From the NCBI GenBank assembly GCA_024626585.2, contig JANKJI020000002.1, positions 96,503,376 through 96,533,066 of the forward strand: a stretch of DNA of 29,691 bases, read 5' to 3'. The first letter of the stretch is position 1. Every line of letters begins with the position of its first letter. The translations under genes were made by a program, and so were the position numbers. This DNA comes from Ginkgo biloba. Lineage: Eukaryota > Plantae > Ginkgophyta. Under the pieces are notes generated by a model. That model saw only the letters and a list, made by a program, of their open reading frames with translations. It searched no databases and was not told the origin of the DNA. Below, piece after piece: positions 11,705 through 24,191 of the stretch.

Positions 11705-12937
11705 TTCAATAGGATGGGATCCTCTTTCCCATTCCCGCTAAAGGTGGACAACCTTTGCCTCTCCTTAGGTACTATCACTCTCGACCCATAAAATACTCTA
11801 GGCGAGCTTGGCGCACTCACTGGCCCTTTCAACTCCACAAATTCACTTAGGACATTTTGTCCACTTACCATTTCATTGTCATTGATAGATGCCAATCTTC
11901 TTCCTCCGCTCAAAACGGGCATCAGTCTTTCTTCGTTGTTGGCGGATGTCTATTTTAATCTTTCTTTGTCGTCAGAGGACATTTATTTTTTTCCTCTCTC
12001 ATCTATTATCAGTCTCTCCTTGCTACTAGATGTGCAACGCCTTGACACATTTAATCTTTGAAAAGTTGCATTTTGTTGAGTTTACAACCACAAATTATTC
12101 CTTCGAGACCTCTGATAGTTTCTATCGAATCGGGCCACTGGTATCTCCCCTTCAATCTGTGCTTCGACTTTGCAATTCTCCTCAGTAGGATTGGGTGCAC
12201 GTTCCCTCAACAACTCTTGAACTTTAGGACCTAATTGTGTCAATAAGTTTGCAACATCTGCCTCTTCTCGAGGTACACTCTTCACATCTTTGCCTTGAGC
12301 ATTGAAGATGGCATCTTCTTCAACAACATGTTTTTAATTTTCTTTTTGTTGTTTTTTTTCACTTCTTCATTCTGCAATTCGAGTGGAGGAAGTGCAAATA
12401 TAGTTTCCTTGTGGATTCTTCTCTGAACCCTTGCTAATAACTTCCGTACAAAATCTCTGCCAAGATGTTCGGTCAGAGTACCACCATGTTGTCCAAGTGA
12501 ACGAGAATTATTTTGTGCTGAAGTAGAAAATTGCAATTTCTCTTTATCACTTGGATATTGTTTCTCCGAATCTAGATTCACTGCAAAGAGTTGGGTAGCA
12601 GATATATGGGTTGCAGTGAAGGTTAATCATTTTCCGTACACTCAAGATTGCTTGTTTTGAGCTTCTTGATTCCTGTGTGCCTCCATCTGTGTGATTATTC
12701 TTCTTTGTTCAAATTCTTAAAGTTGATCGACCAATAATGTTGGAACTGTGGCCAAGATCCTTTCATCCTCCTTAGTGTAGAAGCTTTGCTCAAATTCTAA
12801 CATTGTTTGGTTATTGTTCTTTAATTCTTTCAATATGTAGTCTTCAACCAATTTGTTCCACAAAGGTTGAATTTTAGCTTCGTCAATGCATCATCTGTTA
12901 CACTGTTGATGGAGGGGAACAAGAATTCCCATCAAAT
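11705..12937 (-). mobile_element. Ty3/Gypsy gag N-terminal remnant, truncated
   Basis: Chain of minus-strand ORF pieces (12282-12581, 12082-12285, 11581-11922) ending in RQRLSTFSGNGKEDPI, the gag L.kF.G.G.EDP motif; similarity stops right after it. Confidence 0.6.
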
Positions 12938-13599
12938 NNNNNNNNNNNNNNNNNNNNNNNNNNNNNNNNNNNNNNNNNNNNNNNNNNNNNNNNNNNNNNN
13001 NNNNNNNNNNNNNNNNNNNNNNNNNNNNNNNNNNNNNATTTCTTATAGAACAATCCTTACCTAACTTCAAAGATTAACAACACATAATCAAATAACAAAA
13101 CTTAATTAAAGTATTCATTATCTATATACAACCATATGCATGCCAATTGTAGTCTCTTTGTTTGGGTCCATCTCTAGATTTCCTTAGTCTTCGTTGACTT
13201 ATGCAATAGACCTTTGGGGGTAATTTTATAGGGTAACAATGATTCTTAATCTCATCCACCTTGAAATAGTATTATGTGCTTAAAACTATAATAGACCACA
13301 TGTGCATCTTTGTACACATATGCAATTCAAAAAGACAATGTTAGGGGTTTGCTTTAAGCAACTTTCAATTTCTTGGTCCCAAGTTAGGTATGCTATTTTC
13401 TTAAGGTTTCTGACAAAATATGCTAGTTCAAAGTTATTACTATTGGCCATGGGGCTAATTCCTATGGGCTTGCCCACAAGGTTGATGGGTAAACCTCATG
13501 TTTAGGCCAACTCTTTTTCAAGTTGGGTTTCCCACTTAGCACGTAGTCTTTTTTTTGTACTAGATTGCACCCCTTGGAGCAACAAATCAACATCGTGGA

Positions 13600-14336
13600 G
13601 CAAGCTGCAAAAATTTCGAAGGCCTTGATAATGTAATTAGAGTAGAATGCAAAATGTAAAAGATGTGAAAAATAGCAGAAAGCTCCTACAGAGCGTAAGG
13701 ATCCGATAGATGAACGACTTAGATTAACTAAAGAAGATTAGTGGCTTGGAGCGAAGTGCAAATATTTGATGTGAGGTGCAAAAATGCGTAAAGCTCAAAT
13801 AAATAGTAAAAGGCTTTGACAGAGCATAATGCTTTGACAGATGAACGACTAGGATTGACTGTTGTAGATCAATGACTTATGGCAAAGCGTCAGATCTAAG
13901 GAAGCTACGAAAATGCATAAGGCCTCTACAAATAGAAAAAGGATTTAATAGATCAATGACTAAGATTGACTAAAGTAGATCCATGACTTGGAGTAAAGCA
14001 TAATATTAGAGGAAGCTACAAAAATTCCTTAAACTCTAACAAATAGCAAAAATCTCCAACATAATTGCAAAAGGGCCAATGCTATGCCAAGGCACCTTAG
14101 AGCCTTTCAGTGCTCCAACTTGACTTCCACATAATGGTACTTGTGGCATGTTGTAAATTCTCACGTTATCTAAAGCTTCAACTAAGAACTTGAATCAAAT
14201 AGCTTGAGTAATTGTATCAAGAGTTATAGATCGAAGCATTACCAAAGCTCACTTGAACTGAGAAGCAAGGGTTAGAAAAAAAGGAGAGGCATCAGTGAAG
14301 AAAAACTGCCAACAAAGGTTGAAGATAGTTCTCCAA
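13600..14336 (+). repeat. Interspersed repeat copy A (LTR-like, with internal 110-130 bp subrepeats)
   Basis: Colinear with 17585-18293, e.g. cagagcgtaagg, aagcttcaac, agaagcaagggttaga, agttctccaa; subrepeat starts at about 13707, 13838 and 13949. Confidence 0.8.
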
Positions 14337-14934
14337 NNNNNNNNNNNNNNNNNNNNNNNNNNNNNNNNNNNNNNNNNNNNNNNNNNNNNNNNNNNNNNNN
14401 NNNNNNNNNNNNNNNNNNNNNNNNNNNNNNNNNNNNTAAACTTTTGCTACAAGTTTATAACACTATTATGTTTAATTTGAAATATTTTTCTTATCATACA
14501 AATTTTAGTTCTTATATTAGTCATACATATGACTATTCAAAGTTTATTTTAACCATAAAAATATTAAGGTATACAGTAGGTACTTGCCACCATGTGGCTT
14601 TTCATTTAATGTATAGTGTTATGTGTGCTTTATAATTGAAACTCATTAGAATAATAGAATTTGTAAGAATATTAGGACTTTATATTTGTATGTGTGGAGT
14701 CAAACTGATTAGGCATTGGCGCACTTTCTTTTTTGGAAAGGCCTTTGTAGAGTATGTTTCATACTAACTATACACAGCTTAGGGTGGTAAATTTCCTTAT
14801 GGTCTAGCTATGGAACAATAAATACATCTATCTAAGAGGTAAAAAATTAGACAATCATTGATTTCATTAAGTGGGAGGGGGCTAATATCAACATTATTGT
14901 ATTACTCACCCATTTCATTGTTGGATTGTATTTT

Positions 14935-14945
14935 TGGTATCAAAG
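14935..14945 (+). promoter_or_regulatory. Primer-binding site (tRNA-iMet type) of Gypsy remnant
   Basis: TGGTATCAAAG versus canonical TGGTATCAGAG, about 190 bp upstream of a gag remnant. Confidence 0.65.
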
Positions 14946-15582
14946 GATGAAGTTTAGTAACACTTGAGCATGCATGAAAAGCTTTGGATGGTATGGATTT
15001 GTTCCAAATACCAGGAAGAAGGAGAGCAAGCTATAAATGCATTGTTCCAAGGTTATAGAAGACCCAGACAAGCTCACGAAACTCAGGAAGAGGCCCATTC
15101 TAACATCGTGTCAGGAGGAGATTAGAGGAAATGGCTTCAAAGGTCTGCAAAAGAAGATGAAGGTGAGAGGGTCGAACATCTAGAGCAAAGTTTAGACCAA
15201 CTCAAGATGGACATGCACTCCAAAATGTCACAGCTCTGGTAGATTATGTAGAGCCTAGTCCTTGGACCTTCCACAACAACAACTATGACGACAACTAGCA
15301 GTGGTGTTGTTAGTTGCGAAGCTCTGAGTAGTAGCACTGTTGCAACTCCTCTCAGAACTAACTTCAAATTCAAGCCTTGACCACCACTTTTAAGGTTGAA
15401 ACAAAGGTTGGAATTGTAGCCTATATTGGGAAGATGGATGTCGAAAAGATAGATGACTGGCTAAGATAACTAGAGACTTACTTTGTAATCCAATAGTATA
15501 CCATCCCTCAAAAGATATTGTTCACTTAGCCCAAAACTTCTCCTTGTGGATCTTCAGTAGTTGTATTCCCCAAGGAAGATGG
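14935..15582 (+). mobile_element. Internally deleted Ty3/Gypsy element (gag fused to RT start)
   Basis: FKVETKVGIVAYIGKMDVEKIDDWLR*LETYF (15389 on; gag) followed by PKTSPCGSSVVVFPKEDG (15530-15582; RT N-terminus, cf. PS.SP.GSPV..V.KKDG). Confidence 0.85.
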
Positions 15583-17479
15583 NNNNNNNNNNNNNNNNNN
15601 NNNNNNNNNNNNNNNNNNNNNNNNNNNNNNNNNNNNNNNNNNNNNNNNNNNNNNNNNNNNNNNNNNNNNNNNNNNNNNNNNNTCATTTTGAAGCATAGAG
15701 GTCATCTATGAAGGTTGTAGAAGACTCTAAAGAGTGATGTAGGCATTCTAGGAGGGTCGCGTGGCAATTTTGAGCATAATGAAACCTAGTTTAGGGTTTT
15801 TGAGTAGGGCGTTTCCATTTTGGGTTGTGGAATAAGACATTTTGATCCACAAATGCTTTTGGCATCATTAATTGAAGCTTTTCATCTTGGTAAGTTGGTA
15901 AATTTGTAAGTATTTTGTAAACCTAAACTTTTTGCAGTTCTCAGATAAATTAGAGTAAACTATTGCTTTTTGTTTAAATGAATTAACATAAACAACATGA
16001 GATGGAATTTTGTTTTTGTTCAAATAAAATTGTAATTAAGCATTGTAAATCTGTGGGAGGAGGCTTTGGAGGATAGTGTGGCGTGTTTGCTTTATTGGTA
16101 GGGATGTGCCTTCTTCTCTCTATCTGTGGGTAGATATAGGAGGCTTCGTTGTGGTCTTTCCCTCAAGTAAGTTAGCTAGCAGTTTCTCTGCCTAACTGTT
16201 GGGATTACTTAGTCTCATGAGGAGATTTGGTCATCCTGGTGATACTTAGGAGTGTTCACTGCCAATGGATTATTGGCACCTCTTCCATAGTGTAGAGGAG
16301 TGGCTTTAGTATGACAGATTTGGTATGGTTGTGACTCTCAGTTATGACCTGCTATTTTTCTTTTGGGATATGGAGTTAATAGCTATCCATTACTCTAGGG
16401 TTTCCTTCCCTCGACCCTAGGGTTCATATTTTAGTAATTTTGACCTCACCCTTAGGCTAGGGGTTTGTTATTTGAGGATTTTATTTCCCTTAATTTTTAT
16501 GTTTTGTTATTAAGATATTAATTACTTCGAGGGATTTTCTTAGAGATTTTCCCATTAGAATCTCATTTTTTAGTGTTTTTCTATTCAAATTTTGGTCTTG
16601 TTCAGCTCCCTGCATGGTATTTGATGATTGAAAATGTTATGTTCTTCAGATGATTTAAATGGTTATCAATAAATTATAGTTCCCTATGTGGTATCCTTTG
16701 GTGTCCAAAGAATTTTTAGGTTTGTGTTACTTCTATTAAGAGAAGTACCTCACCCCTAGGGCACTATTAAAGAGGGTTTAGATATTAGTGGTGAGATGGT
16801 GTCCTAGTTTTAGGAGATAGAATTCCTTTTTTCTACCCTTTTTAGTTGAATGATGTAATTTTTCCAAATTATAGAAAAAAAAAAAAAGGCCCNNNNNNNN
16901 NNNNNNNNNNNNNNNNNNNNNNNNNNNNNNNNNNNNNNNNNNNNNNNNNNNNNNNNNNNNNNNNNNNNNNNNNNNNNNNNNNNNNNNNNNNNNNNNNNNN
17001 NNNNNNNNNNNNNNNNNNNNNNNNNNNNNNNNNNNNNNNNNNNNNNNNNNNNNNNNNNNNNNNNNNNNNNNNNNNNNNNNNNNNNNNNNNNNNNNNNNNN
17101 NNNNNNNNNNNNNNNNNNNNNNNNNNNNNNNNNNNNNNNNNNNNNNNNNNNNNNNNNNNNNNNNNNNNNNNNNNNNNNNNNNNNNNNNNNNNNNNNNNNN
17201 NNNNNNNNNNNNNNNNNNNNNNNNNNNNNNNNNNNNNNNNNNNNNNNNNNNNNNNNNNNNNNNNNNNNNNNNNNNNNNNNNATAAGTATAAATAAATAAA
17301 TGCCAATAGGAGTGGTTTTCTCATCCTAGGCAATTTGTCCTTTGCCATGCCAAATGCTAAAACAAAAAGGCTTGTGCAATTAAGAATTTCCATATATGAA
17401 GGTTTTAGAATCCAACATTGGATTGATGAAATCTTGTTTTTGCAGGATGCATAATTCAACTTAACTTTAGCAAAAGTTG

Positions 17480-18620
17480 AACCTTGGTCGGCGTAAAATG
17501 CAAGAATGCAAGGAGCTCCNNNNNNNNNNAAAAGGCTCTGACAAATTGACAGACAAGAATGATCTAAGTAGATCAACAATTTAGAATAAGGTGCAAAAAT
17601 ATAAAAGACCTCGACAGTGTAATCACAGTGGAATGCAGAAATGCAAGAAGCTCCAAAAAGTGGTAGAAGGCTCTAGCAGAGCGTAAGGCTCCTGTAGATC
17701 GAAGACTGAGGTTGATCAAAGTAGATCAATGGCTCGGAGGAAAGTTCAAATGCTTAGCAAAAATATATAAAGCTTCAACAAATAGAGAAAGGCTCTGACA
17801 GATTGATGACTAAGATTTACTGAAGTGGATCAATGTCTCAGAGCAAAGTGCAAGATTGAAGGAGGTTGGAAAATGCATAAAGTGTGGACAGAGCAAAAAG
17901 CTCCAATTGATCGACAATTGAGATTGATTGAAGCAAAACAATGGCTCAAAGCGAAGCACAAGATCAGAGAAAGTTGCAAGAATGCATAAAGCTTCTATTG
18001 ATAGCAAAAAGCTCTAAAAAAATTACATAAAGGCCAAATGCTATACTAGGGTACTTTAGAGCTTCTCAACACTTCAAGTCAGCCTCCATGTTAGCACCTT
18101 TATCATGTGGCAAATTTCGATGTCATCTAAGCTTCAACCAAGATGTTGAATCCGATAGTTTGGGTAAATGGTGTCGACAGTTATAACTCAAAGCATTATA
18201 AAAGTTCTCTGGAACTCAGAAGCAAGGGTTAGAGGAAAGGGAGAGACGTTAGAGAAGACCAACTACTAACAGAGGTTGGAGACAGTTCTCCAATTCTTCT
18301 TCATCAAGATTTAATATTAAGCTTTTAGCTGTCCATTGTAAGCTGACCGTCATGTGAGGCAGCATTTCTATGCACTCTGATAAGCATTCTCGAATTAAGT
18401 GATATAAAGCTTTGTAAATTTGTGGACTTTGATACTTTCAAAACTCTACAGAGCATATCATCTCTTGTTAATAAAAGCAATCTATTATTTATGATTGCAG
18501 CTTATGAATGTTAACATTTAAATCTTGTCATTTGCTTGTGGTGTACACATAGTAAGTTCCAGGTCAAGATACTAGTTTCAATCAAATGTAGAAACATACA
18601 AAGCTATTTTGTTGATCACC
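17480..18620 (+). repeat. Interspersed repeat copy B (LTR-like)
   Basis: Same motifs as copy A; subrepeats at about 17542, 17695, 17799 and 17907; AT-rich tail with tataaa/aataaa; right end uncertain. Confidence 0.75.
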
Positions 18621-19281
18621 AAAAGCCCATTTGATACTGTGGAATGGCTTGTTTAGACAAATGTTAATAGCAAAACAGATATGAGAACGATTACCTCGAC
18701 GTGTACCCTTAAAATCCATAGAGTGGTTATTATTGACTAAAAGTGGGTCCCTAGCAAGAAGCCCACTANNNNNNNNNNNNNNNNNNNNNNNNNNNNNNNN
18801 NNNNNNNNNNNNNNNNNNNNNNNNNNNNNNNNNNNNNNNNNNNNNNNNNNNNNNNNNNNGAGAATTGGGGTATAATGCTTCGTTTATTACCTCATTTATA
18901 GCCAACTATAACCATTGCATAGAATACAGTATGCTCTCGTTAATTTGGCTGTGAGAAAACACTATGTTCTAAATCATTAAATCATGGTGATGCGTTCTTT
19001 GTCATTTGAGAATTTTGCTTATTATTCTCTCCTTATTTAAACTTTTGCAAAATATGCATTTCTCACTTTCTCTGCATACCAATTCATTCATTCTATTCTT
19101 AATGCATGCTTCACTTATGATTGAGGTTGGGATTCTACTCAGGAAAAGTCTCTTTGTTATCTCACTTCAGGCTTTGTTTCAATCTTGGAATAGTGGCTAC
19201 TGTGGATGTGTTCTAAGGGTGACTGATTGCATGAGCTTGTATCTTGATGTACTGATCTTTCTTTCTGGGTTTGTGACTCAG

Positions 19282-19782
19282 GTTCTGAAGCATCTTGGTG
19301 ATTTTCCTCAAAAACTATCACAACATTGCCATTCTTTATATGATTATGCTCCTATGCCACCTGTAACATATCCAGAGCTGCAAGATGAAATGTGGTGTCA
19401 TAGGTACTATCTACGGAACCTTTGTGATGAGATACGGTTTCCTGGCTGGCCAATTGTCGAACATGTAGAGTTTCTACAGTCATTGTTGGTTATGTGGCGT
19501 GAGGAGCTAACGAGGCGACCTATGGATCTTTCTGAAGAAGAAGCTTGCAAGATATTGGAGATTTCTTTAGAGGAGGACAATGGATCTGTAGATGATGCTG
19601 ACTGCAAACATCATAGTGACTTTGAAGAAGATTGTAATAATGGCTCAAAGCTGATTGGACGAATTGATGAAGAAAAGCTCAAAAGGCAATATCGGAAGCT
19701 AGCTATGAAGTATCATCCTGATAAAAATCCAGAAGGAAGAGAGAAGTTTGTCGCAGTTCAGAAAGCTTATGAACGATTACAG
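19282..19782 (+). CDS. GRV2: GRV2/RME-8 exon 3, containing the DnaJ domain
   Basis: actcag|GTT...TTACAG|gtgaaa; 167 codons VLKHLGDFPQKLSQHCHSLYDYAPMPPVTYPEL...LKRQYRKLAMKYHPDKNPEGREKFVAVQKAYERLQ; HPD at 19714-19722. Confidence 0.97.
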
Positions 19783-20330
19783 GTGAAAAAATTCTATTTT
19801 TATTTGATAGGTTTAAGACACTTCTTCCTCTGGATTCTTCCTGTACATTAGATTTTCCATTGACAAAATAAAGTAATGTTAAAATGATTTCTATTCAATG
19901 ATGGGGGACAAGTGTCCCAGCAACTAGGGTCAGCCCTCGAAGGTAGTAAGGGAATGCTAAAAGGATTCTAGAAAAGAAATTGTTGGATCAAAATGTTCAA
20001 TATTATTTGGTTTGCATGCATAGTTGGGCTGTTGCCAATTTTGGTTCTATTTTTGAACATGAGAAGTCTCTCAGTAAGTATATTTGGTTTTTGTGATTTG
20101 TAAGTAGATTGTCTAAAATTTGTTGAAATTCACTTTTAGTCTTTACGGAACCAATCAACATTTATAACTTGTTTAAGATGCTAGGTACTTGTCACTTAAT
20201 GATAATCTTGCAGTTGTTTTTATTCGTATTTGTGCAAGCATATGATTTTCTGAGGAACATTAGTTTTCACTTGAAAAAGTTTGAAGAGGAGAGAGATGTT
20301 TCTGACAACAATCTATTTATGTTGTTACAG

Positions 20331-20554
20331 GCTACATTGCAAGGTTTGCAAGGGCCGCAACCTTGGAGATTGCTTCTTTTATTAAAAGGACAGTGTATAT
20401 TATATAGGAGATATGGTGATGTTTTGGAACCTTTTAAATATGCTGGTTACCCCATGTTGATTAATGCAATAACGGTCGACAATGATGATAGCAATTTTCT
20501 CTCCTCTGACCGGGCCCCTCTTCTCGTAGCAGCCTCTGAGCTTATATGGTTAAC
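20331..20554 (+). CDS. GRV2: GRV2/RME-8 exon 4
   Basis: ttacag|GCT...TTAAC|gtatgt; ATLQGLQGPQPWRLLLLLKGQCILYRRYGDVLEPFKYAGYPML...LLVAASELIWL(T); ends in phase 2. Confidence 0.95.
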
Positions 20555-22702
20555 GTATGTATTCCTGCTCCAAACCAAGCTTGTATCTTGCCATTATATT
20601 GTCAATGAAACAATTTGTTTATTTGCACTAGCAAACCAAGAGTAAGTTTATGAGCTTTTCTTGTTTATGTAGGATTGGTTGCAACCTAGAAATGCAAGTG
20701 TGTGTTTATTCATTTCATTTCTAAGGAGACAAAAGTTCAGGCAATTGAAATGCACTTTTTGGATCTTCCTCTACGAATTTTGAGTCTTACAAATTATATA
20801 TGGTATGTTTAGCAAGCTATTTTGAAATATCAAATTGCATAAAGTCAAAACAGGAGATCATTGAGCTGCATCCTTCAGTACCGTCTCCATTTTAGTTTGA
20901 GGAGGATCTATGCTTGCTTTACTTGACTTTGACTAATCTCTACTGCTATGTCTTGTTGCTTTAATCCTTATTTTTTCTTTCACTTTCTCACTACTTTTCT
21001 TGCTTTTGCAGTCAGAACAGTACCATGTTGTATTTTGCCCCACATGTTCTGCATTATTGCCCTTTCCATCCTTGTACTCTCTCAGTCCCTTACCTTATCT
21101 CTTTATATGTTTTCCTTTCCTTATCCTTATTTTTCTTTGGAACTCTGTTATCACAGTTGCTTTCTTTCCTTTTAATTCCCTTTTTTCGTGCTTTATTGCC
21201 CTTAAATGATGGGAACTGCTGTTATCTTGATGTATTTTGTCGGTATCTCCCAAAAAGTGTTCTACTATGTTACTCCATTTGTACCATCTCCTTATCTTTG
21301 TGGTCTTCCTTCGAGATACCTTTCTAAGTGTTGCATTTCTTGTAAATCATGCACTTTGTCCATCCTTTTGACCCTCTCTATTTTCTTCTTCTTCTTCCTC
21401 TAAGAGGCATCTTCAGAGAAGACCTTATTCCCTTAATTGTCGCCAGTCGCACTTTATTTATGATCATCTCTGAATTTTTTTTTTGTGGTATGTTATTATT
21501 GGGAATGTGAATTGTACATAGACTGATTGTATTATATGTGTTGGGAACCAACCACTCAGTTTTGAGGCATCGACAATCCATACACATCTTCTTTTTGGTA
21601 GCCTCATAGACATTCAGTGTTGAATATGATTTTGTTGTTTTCTTTGTCAAAACAATGTTTTGTTGTTCCATCATTGCCTTAAACTCTGAGACTCTCCTTG
21701 ACATCCGTGTCCTCTCTTCGTGTACACATTTTGCTGGAAATGCTGAATGCATTCCCTTGAATATATGTCATTTGACATGTATGTGCTTACCGGCACCATG
21801 GACTGCTTTTTGGTCATATGTGGACGTTAAAATAATTTCTTTCTTTCTTTCATTTTTTGGTCTATTCTGGATGTTTGCCAACATTTCACGCACCTCTTAA
21901 GGAATATGCGTCCTCTTCCAACTCCGTTCACCCAAGCTATGTTAATAACTCCTTTGTGATAAATTTGCTTTGCATTTAGGTCATTCTGTCATTTCTTTGA
22001 GTGTGCTGCTTCAGCAGAGTTTCTACCAGCGAGGTTGATGCAGCATGGGTAATCTCTGTAAAAGTCATTGTTCATTATTTGTCAGCATATTTCTTTCTAT
22101 ATAGGGACTTTCTCAGTTCAAGCTCTCTTCAATATCCTCGCTCAATAATTTAAGCAGTGCTGTATTTTCCTCTTTTTGCAGTTTTGTCTTCCATCTATCT
22201 AATGTTATGCATTTTGACCAAAAAACAAAGAGCTAAATATTCAACTTGCCTGATCATGTATATAGCAAAAGATAGCCGACAAGGAGGAAAATAGAAAAAT
22301 TGATGACCCAACAACACTGAAAATAAATGATAAAGAAATCTTTGTGGTCTAGGTACAATGACAAGAATATCAATTCTTACATTATTTGAGAATGGAATCC
22401 ATAGAGGAGGAATTCGAAGGCAAGAGCTTCATTTTGCAACCAAAGGAGAATTAGTGCGAGCCATAATAGGAAAAGGAAACACACTGANNNNNNNNNNNNN
22501 NNNNNNNNNNNNNNNNNNNNNNNNNNNNNNNNNNNNNNNNNNNNNNNNNNNNNNNNNNNNNNNNNNNNNNNNNNNNNNNNNNNNNNNCTTAGAGAAAACA
22601 CAGTTTTTACCTAATGAATGCTGGACTTGTAATTAGTAGACTATATGCAAGGTTTTTGGAAGCAAAGCCATCACTGAAATTTCTTGTTCTTTTGCATACC
22701 AG

Positions 22703-23047
22703 ATGTGTCTCTTCTGCTCTGAATGGCGAGGAGCTTGTGAGGGATGGTGGAGTGCCTCTACTGGCAACTCTTCTTTCGCGGTGTATGTGTGTGGTGCAGA
22801 GAAGTACTCCTCCAACTGAACCAGCTGCTATGATTGTTACAAATGTGATGCGGACATTTGCAGGACTCAGCCGGTTTGCAAGTGCACGAACTGAGATGCT
22901 TCATTGTGCGGGATATGTTGGAGATGTGGTACAGTGCACTGAACTGGAACTTGCAACTGCTGCTGTTGATGCTGCTCTTCAGACTATTGGTCTTCTGTGT
23001 GCTTCCTCTGAATTGCAGGACTATTTACTTAAAGCTGGTGTTTTCTG
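22703..23047 (+). CDS. GRV2: GRV2/RME-8 exon 5 (ARM-like helical region)
   Basis: taccag|A TGT...TTC TG|gtgagt; (T)CVSSALNGEELVRDGGVPLLATLLSRCMCVVQ...LLKAGVF(W); phase 2/2, consistent with both neighbours. Confidence 0.95.
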
Positions 23048-23887
23048 GTGAGTACTTGAAGATTTTCCAATTTGAAGGTCTAGTTTTTGTATGCTTGTGA
23101 TGTGGGGTATTTCATACCTATGTTGGTTGAGAGTATGCTGTTGAAGATTATTCTTGGTTAGTTGCTTAGATTTTATCTGGAGATATGATATATCTAGATA
23201 GAACAGTGTTAGTATTGGCTTTTTAGTAATAAATTACACTGGATGAAATACAACGGATAAATTACCATTGAATTTAGACACAAAAGTTGTCCTTTTTCTT
23301 TGGATGTGTTTTTTCTACACAATGTGCATTGTGCATTAGTTGACATTGGCCAGGTTCTTTGCTTGTTTTAAAATAATAAATAGAAACATTATAGTAACTT
23401 GAAAGCATGCTGATTATTTGCACTGATTTTTTTGAATTGAATACATACTATATTAAAACCTTGTTGCTGACATTTTTCAAAACTCGGAAGTGATAACTAT
23501 CTTGCTTGAAACATTTTCTTAATATTCCCTAGATGATACCAAGTCACAAAGAGAGAGGAGTTCACTATATATTCTCTGTTCCAATCAGGGTTATGCATTT
23601 TAGTGTTGCTCTTGCTGCTTATACAACATAAGCATATATGTCACAAATCAATTTTGAATGCATTATTAACTAGCGTGTAGATTCCATTTTTATATATTGT
23701 GTACTATAAGACAGGCGAGCAAAACTTGTGGATTTACATTGTTCCAATTTTCAATCTGTCTAGAATCGTATTCTGATTGGATTTTGCTTTCCATGATGCT
23801 TGTGTATTTTCAATTGTTTGTGGTTTTTATGCAAATGACCATCGCTTGAACTGCTGTTTTGATAGTCCCTCTTGGTGTATGGGCCAG

Positions 23888-24191
23888 GTATCTTCTACCT
23901 CTGNNNNNNNNNNTTTTACAATATGACTCTACTGCAGAAGAAAATGGGGCAACAGAAGCACGTGGTGTTGGAAGTAGTGTGCAGATAGCCAAAAACACAC
24001 ATGCTGTGCTAGCTGCTCGAGCACTTGCAAGACTTGCTGGATTTAGTGGGGATGAACTCATCACACCATACAATCCTAGTGGTGCCAATTCATTGAGAGC
24101 CTTGTTGACACCAAAACTGGCAGATATGCTCAACAATGACTTGTCAAAGGAGCTTCTATCCAACCTCAACTCAAACTTGGAATCACCAGAG
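23888..24191 (+). CDS. GRV2: GRV2/RME-8 exon 6 (10-N gap at 23904-23913)
   Basis: ggccag|G TAT...CCAGAG|gtaaat; (W)YLLPL-gap-LQYDSTAEENGATEARGVGSSVQIAKN...LLSNLNSNLESPE. Confidence 0.92.

Larger units (their letters stand above)
8633..19281 (+). other. Long GT-AG intron (about 10.6 kb including Ns), TE-filled
   Basis: GT at 8633, AG at 19280-19281; in-frame join LIDQ|VLKH. Confidence 0.9.

Noticed and set aside
13700-14010. Regularly spaced repeats as a possible CRISPR-like array
   Set aside because: Units are degenerate, the intervening sequence is also repeated, and the context is a plant intron with no cas genes.
16846-17579. 149- and 236-aa ORFs
   Set aside because: Mostly N gap; artefacts. 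The same applies to other X-filled ORFs.
19006-19281. Hydrophobic N-terminal extension of the 281-aa ORF (possible membrane J protein)
   Set aside because: T-rich intron read-through upstream of the acceptor at 19281.
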